From the NCBI RefSeq assembly GCF_009914755.1, contig NC_060929.1: DNA of 64,000 nt; one strand, given 5' to 3'. Source of the stretch: the human T2T-CHM13v2.0 reference genome, Homo sapiens. A program made the translations under genes and the position numbers. The notes beneath the pieces were generated by a model that saw nothing but the letters and a program-made list of their open reading frames with translations, did not search any database and had not been told where the DNA came from. Shown in pieces: positions 26,476 through 40,639 of this stretch (the stretch's first letter is position 1; every line of letters starts with the position of its first letter).

Positions 26476-29400
26476 ATCCACTGGTGTGCTGTATTCAAGA
26501 GACCCATCTCATGTGCAAAGACACACATAGACTCAAAATAAAGTGTTGGAGGAAAATTACCAAGCAAATGGAAAGCAGAAAAAAGCAAGGGCTGCAATTC
26601 TAGTCTCTGGCAAAACAGACTTTAAACTAACAAAGATCAAAAAAGACAAAGAAGGGCATTAAAAAATTGTGAAGGGTTCAATTTAACTGGAAGCGCTAAC
26701 TATCCTAAATATATATGCATTTAGTACAGGAGCACCCAGATTCATAAAACAAGTTCTTAGAGATGTTAAAAGAGACTTAGACCCCCACACAATAGTAGTG
26801 GGAGATGTTACCACCCACTGTCAATATTAGAAAGATCATGGAGACAGAAAATTAACAAAGATATTCAGGATTGAACTCAGCTCTGGATCAAGTGGACCTG
26901 ATAGGTAACTACAGAACTCTTTACCCAAAAACAACAGAATATACATTCTTCTTGGTGCCACATGACACTTACTCTAAAATTGATCACATAACTCAAGGTA
27001 AATCACTCCTCAGCAAATGCAAAAGAAACAGTCTCTCGGAGCACAGTGCAATCAAATTTGAACTCAAGATTAAGAAACTCACTCAAATCCACACAACTAC
27101 ATGGAAATTGAACAACTTGCAGCTGAATGACTCCTGGGTAAATAATGAAATTAAGGCAGAAATCAAGAAGTTCTTTGAAACCAATGAGAACAAAGATACA
27201 ATGTACCAGAATGTCTTGGATGGAACTAAAGCAGCCTTAAGAGGGAAATTTACAGCACTCAATGTTCATATTGAAAAGCTATAAAGGTCTCAAATTGACA
27301 CCCTAACATCACAACTAAAAGAACTAGAGAACCAAGAGCAAACAAACCCTAAAGCTAGCAGAAGACGAGAATTAAGTAAGGTCAGAGTGAAACTGAAGGA
27401 GATAGAGACATGAAAGACCCTTCAAAAAATCAAGGAATCCAGGAGCTGGTTTTTTGAAAAAAAATTTACTAAAATAGATAGACTGCTACCTACACAATAA
27501 AAAAGAAAACAGAATAATCAAATAGATACAATAAAAATGATAAAGGGGATATTACCACTGACCTCACAGAAACACAAGTGATCATTAGAGAATATTGTAA
27601 ACACCTCTATAAAAATAAACTAGAAAGTCTAGCATAAATGGATAAATTCCCTGATGTATATATCCTCCCAAGACTGAACCAGGAAGAAGTTGAATCCCTG
27701 AAAAGACCAGTAAGAAGTTCTGAAGATGAGGCAGTAATAAATAACCTACCAACCAAATAAAGTCCAGGGCCAGATGGATTTGCAGCTGAATTCTACCAGA
27801 GGTACAAAGAAGAGCTGGTATCATTTCTTTTGAAACTATTCCAAATAATTGTAAAGGAAAGACTCCTCTCTAACTCATTTTATGAGGCCAGCAACATCCT
27901 GATACCAAAACCTGGCAGAGATACAAGAAAAAAAGGAAATTTTAGGCCAATATCCTTGATGAACATCAATGCAAAAATTCTCAAAAAAAAAAAATACTGG
28001 CAAACTGAATCCAGCAGCATATCAAAAAGCTTGTCCACCACAATCAAGTTCGCTTCATCCCCAGGATGCAAGGTTGGTTCAGCATACACAAATTAATAAC
28101 ATAATTCATTACATCAACAGAACTAAGGACAAAAACCACGATTGTCTCAGTAGATGCAGAAAAGGCCTTCGATATAATTCAACATTGCTTCATGTTAAAA
28201 ACTCTCAATAAACTAGGTATTGATGGAACATACCTCAAAATAATAAGAGCCAGTTATGACAGACCCACAGCCAATATGATATTGAATGGGCAAATGCTGG
28301 AAGCATTCCCTTGAAAACTGGCACAAGACAAGGATGCCCACTCTCACCGTTCTATTCAACATAGTATTGGTACTTCTGGCTAGGGCAATCAGGTAAGAGA
28401 AAGAAATAAAGGATATTCAATTAGGAAGAGAAGAAGTCAAACTGTCTCTGTTTCCAGATGACACATGATCCTATATCTAGAAAACCACATCGTCTCAGCC
28501 CAAAAGCTTCTTAAACTGATAAGCAACTTCAGCAAAGTCTCAGGATACAAAATCAATGCACAAAAGTCAGAAACATTCCTATAGACCAACAATAGACAAA
28601 CAGAGAACTAAATTATGAATGAACCCTCATTCACAATTGCTACAAAGAGAGTAAAATACCAAGGAATATCGGTAACAAGGGAAGTGAAGGACCTCTTCAA
28701 GGAGAACTACAAACCACTGCTCAAGGAAATCAAAGAGGACAGAAACAAATGGAAAACGTTCCATGCTCATGGATAGGAAGAATTAATATCATGAAAATGG
28801 CCATACTGCCCAAAGTAATTTATAGATTCAATGCTATTTCTATTAAACTACCATTAATATTCTTCACAAAATTACTTTAAAATTCATATGGAACCAAAAA
28901 TGGAGCCCGTATAGCCAAGCCAATTTTAAGCAAAAAGAACAAAGCTGGAGGCATCATGCTACTCAACTTCACACTATACTACAAGTTTACAGTAACCAAA
29001 ACAGCATGGTAGTGGTACAAAAACAGACACATAGACCAATGAAACAGAGAAGAGAGCTCAGAAATAAGACCACATGTCTACAACCATCTGATCTTTGACA
29101 AACTTGCCAAAAACAAGCAATGGGTAAAAGATTCCCTATTTAATAAACGGTGCTGGAAGAACTTGCTAGCCATATGCAGAAAATTGAAACTGGAACCCTT
29201 CCTTACTCCTTATACAAAAATTAACTCAAGATAGATTAAAGACTTAAATGTAAAACCTCAAACTATAAAAACCCTAGAAGAAAGTCTAGGCAATACCATT
29301 CAGGACATAGGCATGGGCAAAGACTTCTTGATGAAAATGGCAAAAACAATTGCAACAAAAGCAAAAATTGACAAATGGGATCTAATTAAACTAAAAAGCT

Positions 29401-30150
29401 TCTGCCAGCAAAGGAAATGATCATCAGAGTGAACAGACAACCTATGCAATGGGGGAAAAATTTCTGCAATGTGTTTATCTGACAATCTACAAGGAACTTA
29501 AAAAATTTACAAGAAAAAAAACAACACCATTAAAAAGTAGCCAAAAGACATGAACGAACACTTTTCAAAAGAAGACATTTATGCAGCCAACAAACATATG
29601 GAAAAAAGCTGAACGTTACTGATCATTAGAGAAATGCAACTCAAAACCACAATGAGATATTATGACTTTAGTCAGAATGGCAATTATTAAAAAGTTGAGA
29701 AACAAGAGATGCTGGCAAGGCTGTGGAGAAATAGGAATGCTTTTACACTGTTGATGGGAATGTAAATTAGTTCAACCATTGTGGAAGACTGTGTGGCGAT
29801 TCCTCAAAGACCTAGGGCCAGAAATACCATTTGACCCAGCAATCCCATTACTGGGTATATACTCAAAGGAATATAAATTATTCCATTATAAAGATACATG
29901 CACTTGTATGTTCATTGCAGCACTATTCACAATAGCAAAGACATGGAATCAAGCCAAATGCCCATCAATGATAGACTGGATAAAGAAAATGTGGTACACA
30001 TGCACCATGGAATCCTATGCACCCATAAAAAGGAACAAGATCATGTCCTTTGCAGAGACATGAATGGAACTGGAAGTCATTATCCTCAGAAAACTAACAC
30101 AGGAACAGAAAACCAAACACCATATGTTCTCACTTATAAGTAGGAGCTGA
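26476..30150 (+). pseudogene. L1 ORF2p (endonuclease/RT/C-terminal domain) pseudogene lacking its first ~35 codons
   Basis: VCCIQETHL, YSKIDH, SEHSAIK (SDH motif mutated), [20 protein letters not shown] (LFADD), WKTVWRFLKDL; many frameshifts. Confidence 0.9.
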
Positions 30151-30936
30151 GCAATGAGAACACATGGACATAGGGAGGGGAACAACACACAATGAGGTCT
30201 TTTTGGAGGTGGGTGAGTGGGGAGGGACAGCATCAGGATAAACAGCTAATGCATGAGGGGCTTAATACCTAGGTGATGGGTTAACAGGTGCAGCAAACCA
30301 CCTTGACACACGTTTACATATGTAACAAACATGCACGTCCGCATGTCCTGTACATGCATCCTAGAACTTAAAATAAAATAAAATTAAAAAAAGAATCCTT
30401 CATTGTCCCAAAATAATTTTTATTCTCAAGAAGCCAAGCCCAAAACTAGAAGTTTATAGTCAAGAAAGTTGCCCATATAATACCTCATGTTCTGGCTCCC
30501 TTCTATGCATCCTCCTCTCCAAATACTCATGCCTGCCTCATCACCTACCTCTCTTCATTCCAGCCATATGTGAGGGTCGTAGGGAAAGAAAAGGAGGTAG
30601 GATGAGACAGAAGGATAATAAGACATTTCAAGACACACTAAAGTCTCCCTGGAGAGGTTAAAGCAGTGCACATATTCATATAATACAAGTGAAAACGCCT
30701 AAGAGATAAAAGAAATAATACGTAAGTGTAAAGATAACACAGTTTCTTCAAGCCAAAGGCTGATAAATGTGGGAACTTTGAAAAATGCCACTGAGACACC
30801 TGTTAGAAGTTTTAATGTAGAGCATGATAAGCTGAGACACATTTTTAGATACTTTTATTCAGAGTCAGAGTTAATAAGATACAGAGCAAAATAGTCACAA
30901 AATTATTAGGAATTTCACCAAGGGGATGAGAATCAA

Positions 30937-31295
30937 TGATATGGTTTGACTGTGTCCTCACCAAAATCTCTTGAATTGCAGCTCCCATAAGCCTCAAGTG
31001 TTGTGGGAGGGACCTGGTGGGAGGTAATTAAATCACGGGGGCAAGTTTTTCCTGTGCTATTCTCATGATAGTGAATAAGTCTCATGAGATCTGATGGTTT
31101 TATGAAGGGCAGTTCCCCTGCACATGCTCTCTTGCTTGCCACCATGTAAGACTTGCGTTTGCTCCTCCTTCACCTTCTGCCATGATTGTGAGGCCTTCCT
31201 AGCCATGTGGAACTGAGTCCATTAAACCTCTTTTTCTTTGTAAATTGCCCAGTCTGAGGTATTTCTTCATAGTAATATGAAAATGGACTAATACA
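30937..31295 (+). mobile_element. THE1B/C solo LTR
   Basis: TGATATGGTTTG...GGACTAATACA; TSD ATCAA/ATCAT. Confidence 0.92.
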
Positions 31296-31829
31296 ATCAT
31301 CATGATTTTTTTGCGGCAGGTAGAAAAAGAAAAGACACACAGATGCACACACACACACATACAATATATAATATAGAAAATAATATTTTATAGGAAAATG
31401 GTAGAGGATATGATGAAAGTAGGAACAATATAAAGAAAATTTAAAATTTCCTCCTTAGTTTAAATAGTGGGGGTGGGGAGAGAGAAAGGGAAAGACTATT
31501 GTTTCTTAAAATTATTGATTTTAATTTATATGTAGGTAGTAATGCAACCTCTGGCCTATCTTCAAGAAGATGACACTTTTCTCCGGATTTGTAGAGGACT
31601 GTGCTATTGATAAAACAGTTTCAACTGGTAAAATATTTAGTTAGTCTAATTAAGTGACTAGCTGAGCAACTTTTAGACAGTGTATTGGCAGTTGGCATTA
31701 GATTAATTGTATATTTGGGTTGAATCCGAATACACTGTGTACTGGTTTATATAAAGCTACTGCAAATTTTAGTATCACATGAAAGTACTGAGCAAAATGG
31801 TGAAGGCATTCTGTATTTGATATCTAAGC

Positions 31830-32000
31830 TATTAGAGATAAAAAGAAATGTGAAGCTCATTCAGTTTAGTTTCTCAATTTACAAGTTAAAAACTGAAGCT
31901 AATTACAATTCTGAAATTTTACAAGTAAGATATATTCTATTATACCAAGGAAGAATAGAACACAGGGCCCCTGAATTCTCATCAAGTATTCATTCTGTCA
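31830..32000 (-). mobile_element. MIR fragment
   Basis: TCTCAATTTACAAGTTAAAAACTGAAGCT...GAATAGAACACAGGGCCCCTGAATTCTC. Confidence 0.45.
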
Positions 32001-32606
32001 TTCCTTCCCTATTTCTTATCTACAGTAATCAGAATCTCTAACAAAAATCGTTACGACTAAACTTAGTTCCCTAGAAGTACATAATTTACCTCTACTCCTC
32101 TTAAATGAATATATAAACATTCATGAATATGTAAGATATTTTTACTTTTCAAAAATAACTTATTTTGATATAGGAACATAATAAGGTTAAGTGATGATTA
32201 AACATTTATTATATTTCATTTGAGTCCAAAATGAAAGTTCATGTAAAAATTTTTAAATATATTTAACAATGATGATAAAATCATAGAGATTTAACACCTT
32301 TTTAGAAAATAATATATTTTAAAACAGGATAAAAATTATTTTCTCATTTGCATTGCTTTTAAAAGGTTATAATTACATTTATTGAAAAGATGTTTGTATG
32401 CAAAGAGGAGCTAATTTAAAGACAATGTATAATTAGAGTTTATTTATTTGTATTTACGCACAAGCACATGTTTATTTATATTTGTATTTATTTATTGGCT
32501 TGACTCCCCTTGATCTCAGACATAGAATAGTGTCAGGGAAAGCTATATAAAAGTTCAGGATAATGATCATAATGGACAAGCACAGTTCAATATATTTTGC
32601 TATTTT

Positions 32607-32735
32607 ATGTGTGTGTGTATGTGTGTATATACACACATATGCATATATACACCCACATACAATAGTAATATATACATATACTATAGATATGTATGTGTAT
32701 ACATATGCACATACTACATAAATATATAGCATATA
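32607..32735. repeat. Degenerate (TG)/(TA)/(CA) microsatellite
   Basis: Alternating purine-pyrimidine low-complexity run. Confidence 0.8.
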
Positions 32736-33804
32736 TTTTACTATTGCCACTCGGTCTAAGAAATGATATTAGACTCAGGTGTATAACCAAAGCCATTATA
32801 TTCTTTTCAAGGGATTTTTCTATATATTATATTAAAATTGTATACATGTTCTGAAATAAAAGTAAGAAAGTTGTCCCAAATTAATCTTCATGTCTGTGAT
32901 TTAACCATCTCCCAATCAACTGTCAGCCCCTGCAGACTGTATCTTGACTCATGGGTCTGTTCTGCAGAGCAGGGTAATTGGTGGGGATAAGAATAAGATC
33001 AATGAGCTAGGCCTAGTTTGGAAAGAACTACCAAGGGCCTGATGGGAGAAAATAAATTGATATTCAGAAGAACAGGGCACTAAAATGAGATAACAGTGCC
33101 TGAGACAGAGAATTTGGTAAGAATTGGTGTGTTCTGCATTTTGTAATGCAGCAAGGAAGGAAAGGAATTTTGAGAGAAATTGCTTTATGTGTATGGATTT
33201 GAGAGAAATGAAAAGCAAGATTTAAAAATTTTTTGACTGTGCATTATCCCCTGTGAAATTTTTCTTGAGTGATTGCAGGAAATAAATTGATTTTTATTCA
33301 AATCGGAGGCCAGATTGTTTTGTCTAACTTATTCTATGTAATCTACATATTTTAGCATTTTCTACCAGTCAGATGACACATGTGCCTAAACACTTTCCTT
33401 TTATATATTTCTTAGTTATTATGTACTACAGCACTCTATTTTTTGGTAAGGAATATTTCAAAGCTTTTTTAAAAGGAGCTGTCAAACTGACATGAAATAA
33501 ATATATTTTTAAAGGAATTACTTAGGAAGTCCTTAAGGGAAGAGGTATAATAGGTTTTTGTATGAACAACATATTTTGATTGTGTAAGGGCTGCTTCCCT
33601 ATTCAAGTTGTCTATATGTATGGCTGCAGAAGCAAATGTGTGCCCAGGAACGGTTAAAACTTGAAGGCAAGTCATTTTGGCAAGTCATTATATTAGGCAC
33701 TCAGCACTTTGAGATTTGTTAATCTTGAGCTATCTTCTTTTGGGTAAAATAAATAATAACTTGTATGTTGTCAGAATGAGAAAAAAAGAGCTCCACCTAA
33801 ATGA

Positions 33805-34140
33805 ACTCTCTGAAGTTGAATTGGAACCCCAAGTATTAGAGTTGGGGCCTGGTGGGAGGTAATTGGATCATGGAGGCAGTTTCAGAGGTTTTAGCAGCAT
33901 CCGCCTAGCGCTGTCTCATGATAAAATTCTCACGGGATCTGCATGTCCCCCACTCTCCCGCCACCATGGGAAGATGTACTTGCTTCCCCTTCATCCTTCT
34001 GCTATCATTGTAAGTTTCCTGAGGCCTCCCAATGATGCTTCCTGTATAACCTGTGATTCTAAGTCAATTAAACCTCTTTTCTTTATAAATTACCCGGTCT
34101 CAGGTAGTTCTTTCTAGCAGTGTGAGAATGAACTAATACA
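33805..34140 (+). mobile_element. MSTA-like LTR, 5'-truncated
   Basis: TGGGGCCTGGTGGGAGGTAATTGGATCATGG...ATAAATTACCCGGTCTCAGGTAGTTCTTT...GAACTAATACA. Confidence 0.85.
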
Positions 34141-34709
34141 ACCGCTAACCAGCTTGCACCTCCTTAACCCAATCTAACTGCACCAGAAGCCGGGAAATAC
34201 AGCCTTTCTCAGGTCCCAGAAGAAGGAAATTTGATTATTTATAAGATCTAGACAGACTCTAACATATCCTGACTTTGGTTCTGGAAAGGGAGGATTAATC
34301 CTGAAGGGACAAGCTATAGAAGTCACTGAGAGCTGGAAGAAGTTGGGATCAAGTGGAAGCTGGAAGAAGTGGGAATCAAGCTAAGGAAGAACACCTGGGC
34401 ATCAGCAAAGCAGGGAACCACCAGATAATCTTCTATTAATATATTGGCAAATGCTTGATGGGGCAAGGTGTAAAAAGGTGTGCTCTGAAAGTCCTGAGAG
34501 AACACAGACTTACCAAAAGGAAGCCTTCAAAAGTTGTTAGAGAAGCAAAATATTAAAGCTTGTTATGATTAAATTTACTTTTATTCATCTGGACCTGGGC
34601 AATATGTGAAGGTCTCAATAATATTAACTATATGTTTAAAATTTTCTTTCTAACTTGATGTCCTATAACCTCCTTACTGCTAATACGGAATTATAAATAT
34701 TTGTTTCTA

Positions 34710-35640
34710 TTTACCCCCAATTCCATCCTAGTCCAACCCAACTTCTATTGAGTGGTCTCCAATTTGTAGCCCTGGTTCTTTCCCTGTACTTCTATAATCC
34801 ATTGTTAACAGTAAAAACAGAATAATCTTTTATAAACAAAATTCAGACTCTCTGTGTTCCTAACTAAACACACCCTTCTATGGCCTCTCTACCTGCCCAA
34901 CTCTATTCTACGTGCTCTACAAATTTTAACTTGTTTAATTCTCACAACAACCCTCTAAGGCAGATGCTATTGTCACCTACATTTTGCAAGGAGGAAATTG
35001 AGGTGCAGAGAAGTTAAATAGCTTTTCCATAACACATAGCTAGAATACAGTAGAGCTGGGATCTGAACTCAGGTAGGCTGGCTCCAGAAGCCATGGATTT
35101 AACACTAGCTCTATGCTGCCACATTCCCAGTTAAGCCCTCAACAGCTTCTCTTAATGCCCAGAATTAATTTCTTACTGTGATCCTATATAATCTGACCTG
35201 TGATGATCTTCCCAAGCTCATCTCTTACTATATCCCTCTTGCCTACAATGTTGTAACCACACTGGCCTTTCTTTTCCTGCTACAAGCTGAATACTTTCAG
35301 CCTGAAGGTTCTTGCATTGGCTCTTTTTTCTGCTGTAATACCTACACCCTCAATACTGCATAACTGGCTTCCCCTTGGCCTTCAGAGCCCAATTTAAATG
35401 TTAGCTCCTAACAGAAGCCTTCATTATCACCAACTGAAGGAAGCCCCACTGTTAATGCTTAATAGAACAACTCATTTTACATTTCTCTGTGGAAAGTGCA
35501 ACTCTCCCTGATATTTTACATATTTGTAAATTAATTTACTATTTTTTTCTCTCCCATGAGAATGAGAGCTACATGAGAACAGGGATTTTGTCTCATTTAC
35601 TACTATAGTACCAAGAATATTGCTTTTCTACCTTTCATAT
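34710..35640 (+). mobile_element. L2 3' region interrupted by a MIR
   Basis: CTATAATCCATTGTTAACAG, ACCACACTGGCCTTTCTT, GAGAATGAGAGCTACATGAGAACAGGGATTTTGTCT. Confidence 0.65.
34897..35120 (-). mobile_element. MIR (MIRb-like), near full length
   Basis: TTAATTCTCACAACAACCCTCTAAGGCAG...ATTTTGCAAGGAGGAAATTGAGGTGCAGAGAAGTTAA...GGGATCTGAACTCAGGT. Confidence 0.85.
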
Positions 35641-36682
35641 GTCAAAAAAATATAAATTATAATATTTATTTGGCACTTTGGGGTAAATTGGAGATTTAAT
35701 GCACTTATTTGGGTCTTAACTGATAAAATTATTATACTTAATATATTATGTAATTTTAAGAAAATAGAATAAAAATGCTAGTTTTCACATTAAATATTAA
35801 GCTTATATGAAGTTTTAAAATGCAACCCTTATAAACTTTTAACGTAAAATATGAGCAGGCTTTCCCAAACATACTTTCTTATATTAGGCTTTGTGCTTGA
35901 AATAGCTGAAAAATTTCTGATGACTTTTTAATGATTATATCTTTATATTCTTGATAATATCAATGAGAAACTTTCCCAAAAGTAGATGCTAAAAAATTAT
36001 CAACAGAGGAATGTATTCATAGTAACTAACAGATATTTCTTACTTTCATGGATAGACATAGTGTGGGAATTTCTTGGTATAATGCAAATGTACTTAAGAT
36101 TCAGATTTTTTCATTTCCAGTGTTTCAGAATAATGAAGAAGCTATAGTTTACAAAACTTTCATGCATCATCATCCTCCTAAGCTAGCCAGGATGCTATTG
36201 GCAAGGGCATATATGCCTCAAATGAACATAAGCACCAGATATATGTGAAGACAGACATTCAGTGGGGTCACTTGGTGCTCTACTCTTTAGGAAGCCTCGC
36301 CTACTTATTTTGCTTCCCTTTCCTTGATAAGCCTCAGGTTGGGCTGCACATTTTTCAGCATGGCTCCCAGAAACACATACTCTTTATTATTTCAATGGGT
36401 CTCATATTCACGATGAGTAGAGAAGAGTTCGGCAATGGACTGTGCACATGGTAGATTTTGTCCTTGGCCATGCTCAGTAAGCAGAAAAAATTAATGAGTG
36501 CTGGATGCTACTGCTCATTCAGTCTTTATGAAATGAACATGGGGTGCACCTCTGAGGAGTCACTGAGGAGGGTACTCAGCAATGACTACTGGCTACAGTG
36601 AGCTATGACCTCTCAGAGGGCTAAGAGGAGGATTATTTTTTAGGCAGGCCATTTGCAACATGAGAAACTTTGTTTAGAAACT

Positions 36683-36834
36683 TGTACCTCAAAGTGTGCT
36701 CCATACCAGCATCATCCACATCAGTTTGGAGTTTGTAAGAAATGCAGGATCTTAGTCCCTGTCCCAGTGGGTCTGAATCTGCATTTTAATAAAATCGCCT
36801 CATAATAATATACACCTTAAAGTTTGAGAAGCTG
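36683..36834 (+). mobile_element. MER5A hAT-Charlie element
   Basis: CTCAAAGTGTGCTCCATACCAGCATC...AGAAATGCAG...GAATCTGCATTTTAA...AAAGTTTGAGAAGC. Confidence 0.8.
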
Positions 36835-37699
36835 TTTTGGAGCACTATGTAGACCAGAGTTGAGTTGGCAATTAATGTTTGTAGAATAATATTGTATGAA
36901 TTATATGATGAAAGTTCAGATAACTAAATGGATATTGCAATGTTTTATGTTATTTTTAAGAAATTTCACCATGATTCACACTTATATACATATACAAAGT
37001 TTATTTGAAAATGACACGCAAAATGAAAATGACTGTGAGTAGGACAAATCTTGTCACAATGGTGCTACTTACAGTTTTTATATGAGTTATATAAATAACC
37101 AAGTCGTTACTATTTGCTTTGTCTACTCTTCTTTCTGAAAAAATACATGCCAGCCTGCCTCCTGTGCTTTTTGACATGTTTCTGCATATAACATGTGTAT
37201 ATATTAAATGCACATAATACACGTAACTATAATATATAAGTGCATCTCAGACTGGCTCAGAGTAATATCAATAATTTTTAAAAATCCCTGTTCAATTTGC
37301 TTACTTCCACAATTTGCTTATTTTATAAAACATCCATTTTTTTTTCCAGCTTTTCCTGTCTTACCTCCTCCCCATTTCCAAACTGGCCTTAGAAATGAAT
37401 ATTCCAGTAATTGAGCCATCAAATATTTGCAACTTCAGGCTGTTCCGGGACTTTCACAGTACTTCAAAGGTCAATCAGAGTTAAAGGAAATTGTTAAGCT
37501 TCGTTTTGGGTAAATCAGCACAAAAATCATTTTTTTGCTGTTTTTACTTTCTCACTGGTATTCCAGATTATGTTTATTAGTTATCACTGGGGCTTTTCCA
37601 AAATGAATTATAAGTTATACTGTCTAGTTAATTCTGTTAACTCTTCACAAGTATGTACTGGCCATCCACTGCAGGTACAACATTTATCTAGGATGCTCA

Positions 37700-38095
37700 A
37701 CTTGGCAGGACGTTATAGGTTATGTTACAGAAACAAAGAATCCCCAAATCTTACTAGTGTATCAAAGGGATTGTTGATTTCTCACTAAGAGTACATATAT
37801 GCATCACAGATTGACAGTAGAGTCTACCATTGTAGTCATTCAAGGACCCAAGCCGATAGAGGCTCTATCTTCATACTTGTATCTCATGGCAGGAGATGGG
37901 AATGAAGTGATCCATCAATTAGCTCTGAAAGCTTATGCCTTTAAACGAGATATATATATATTTATACATATATATATATATATATAACTTCTGTTACATT
38001 TTATTGTCTAAAGCAAGTCATAAAGCTGTGCCTAATTTAAAAAAAATTGAGAAAGTGCAATCCTACCATGTGTCCAACAAAATAGAACCATGTAT
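37700..38095 (-). mobile_element. Old MaLR LTR (MLT1I/J/K-like) with a TA run
   Basis: TAGGTTATGTTACAGAAACAAAGAATCCCCAAATCT...CATTCAAGGACCCAAGCCGATAGAG...AAAGCAAGTCAT...AAGTGCAATCCTACCATGTG. Confidence 0.7.
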
Positions 38096-39959
38096 GTACA
38101 GCCTTAAGGAGAAACTAAATTACACAAACACCAACAATTTTTCCAAGACCTTAGAAGCCAGTTGCAGAATAGAACATATATGTAAGAATCTATGTAAACA
38201 GAGTTGAATGTCAAGTAAAATATGTTCTAAGACTCATGATGTGGTACTGTAAAAAAAGTATTTAAGAAGTTCAGAGATAGAAGAGAGAGATGTGGATGGG
38301 TGAGTAAAGAAAGTAGGTGAACAAGGTGAGATTATATATAAATTATTAGATTCAGAGAGGGAAATGGAAGGAATAAGAATATTCATGATTGTATCCAAAT
38401 TCGATGAAGCAGTCGTGGGGTGCAAAGCTAGTAGAAAGTGGATCTGAGTTGACCTGAAAAAAAAACATTAAAAATACTTGTTCCACTAAAAGCAAAGAGT
38501 TCCTTTTAGGTGACATAAGGTGAACGTGGATAAACAGAGCAGGAACAGGTTATGAAGAGCCTTGAATGCCAGACTAAGATGTATGCACACGGTCTTTTAT
38601 ATGGCCATCTTTGGACCTCTCACTTTTACCTCCTTTTTAGCCTTTTGGTGAGGGACCACCACATTGCAATTTATTGATGATCAACATTACATACTTATTG
38701 AGAAATAGAGACCAGGGAACCATGTGGAGCTTTATTACACATGTGGGTTATATAAGCATTTGCAATGCTCTTCGTGGAATGTAGGTGCTATAATAGAATT
38801 TAAGAAGAAAGAAGTGGCCACAAAGTCAGTCTGACTTTGAACATGTTGGGGTCACTAGAAACAATGCAAAGGCCAAAACAAAGCAAAAACTCTAGTGGTT
38901 TCAATGAAATATTTTACTGGCAATGTTTCATCAGAGCTGCAGGGAACAGGCTTCTTGCATCAAATAACAGGGAGAAACAGGAATTCTGGGAAAAGTCAAG
39001 CTCTAGATTTCAGAAGTCCTATAGTCTAGTGGCAGAGAGCCCATATTAGCAATGCGATTGTAGAAAATTCCTTTGTTTTTATGAATATCAGTTTCCCTAT
39101 TTGCAAAAATCAAACATGCTGGATTGATAATTCTCAAGGTTATAAGTTTAAATATTTTTTGTTTGGGTTCACCAATAAACAGGTATTAAAAATAAAATGG
39201 CATGAATCAGTATCAATACACTAAAAGATAAAGTTTTGGGGATTGGGAAACTTATTTAGCAGTTAAGAAAATACATAACAAGATAACTACCTATGCCAGA
39301 TAACTAATCATGTCAAACTGTTATGTATCACTGCTTAAAGCAATATTAATGATAGTTTAGAGGATGGAATCTTGCTATGGGACTTAAAACTGTCTTGCCC
39401 ATCATCACCACCATCTTGCTTTGTGACTGGGTAAGTTAACAAAGGCAAACCACCTGTCTCATATAGTTGGGTAAGAGTCAGTTTTTAATTAGCTGCCCTC
39501 CAGAAAGACAGCATAAAATAAGCACATATTAAAGAATGCTGGATTTTCTCTTTTGCTGTTATTTTTGCCAGCTTCACCTTATTGTTACATATACCCCATG
39601 ATTTTGTCTTCAGCTTCTTCAGTTAGATTTCCATGTGGTGCTTATACTTCTGATACCTTCTGGCTAGAGTTTACTGCTCTGTAGTTTTCTATGAGAATGT
39701 GACACTGAAGTCCATTTTGGAGACAAAGACAAACTCAAATAAGATAAAAGATAGGGAAGCCTTCCTCTGTCATTTAAAAATAAACTCAGTGATTTTTCAT
39801 GCATCCTGCTGCTTTGATAAGTGTTCAGAGAAAGAATTTCACCAAATCTTGGCTTAAAATCTACCCAGAATAGACCAAGCAATTCCCTAGTGAGACGTAC
39901 TGATCTTAGATGTTCTGTTGGTTGCTGACAATTCTAACTTTAACCCTTTATCATCTCAG

Positions 39960-40025
39960 TGAAAACTGAAGTCTCCTCTGGCAAAGGGTAGCATATTATG
40001 GAATTCTTTATACCTGGTGTTCTAG
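39960..40025 (+). other. Candidate 66-nt non-coding or poison exon
   Basis: TTCTAAC branch at 39932-39938, pyrimidine tract, CAG acceptor, TAG|GTAAGC donor; stop codons in all three frames. Confidence 0.25.
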
Positions 40026-40639
40026 GTAAGCCCAGAGAGTAAAACTTTGATCAGGATTTTAATGTTATGCAAATCATTCGATCAACCATATTTTTTGCAA
40101 CAGGAATTCTAAACTTCAAGGCAAGAAAAGACGTTGTTTTTCTGGGCTTTTAATTAATTAGCTAAATTTAAAAATTAACTTTGCTTCACCATCACCTTAG
40201 ATACATTAACTTGTACTCTCTCTATGATCCACCTTCCTGCATCTTTTTAAACAGATACAGAATTGTATCAGTGTATAGATTGAATTTGTTTAATTCATTG
40301 TAATTAGGACTCCCTAAGGAACTTAGAGCCTTGACTGAGCTCAGCATTCTTGGCTCTATTTTGGGAAGCCAAAATGAAGGAATGCTTCCAATAGAGTTTG
40401 GAGTCTTGTTCTGTCCATGCTACTCAGAAGTCTGTATGGAAATCTGAGAGTCACCTTGCAATCTTCTAGTTTATTCAGCCAGCCATCTCATGTCGCAGTG
40501 ACCAAAGACTTTTGGATGAAATCCCACCTTTCTGCCTCTCCTCCAGTCATTCCATACTCATTTATCTCCTAGATTCCTGCAGCACCCTTCTAACTATTCT
40601 GTCTTTCTCCCAACTCGCTTCTCTCCCCTTCACCTTTCT

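Larger units (their letters stand above)
25022..30391 (+). mobile_element. L1PA10/L1PA11-like LINE-1, complete at both ends but with two internal deletions (5'UTR; ORF1-ORF2 junction)
   Basis: GGCCAAGATGGCC (YY1) 5' end; ORF1 and ORF2 remnants; 3' UTR CAGCATCAGGATAAACAGCTAATGCATG; A-rich tail; TSD AGAATCCTTCA at 25011-25021 and 30392-30402. Confidence 0.95.

Noticed and set aside
34331-34380. 27-bp tandem duplication (similar small duplications at 15365, 24397, 33667 and 53946)
   Set aside because: Ordinary slippage duplications with no sign of function
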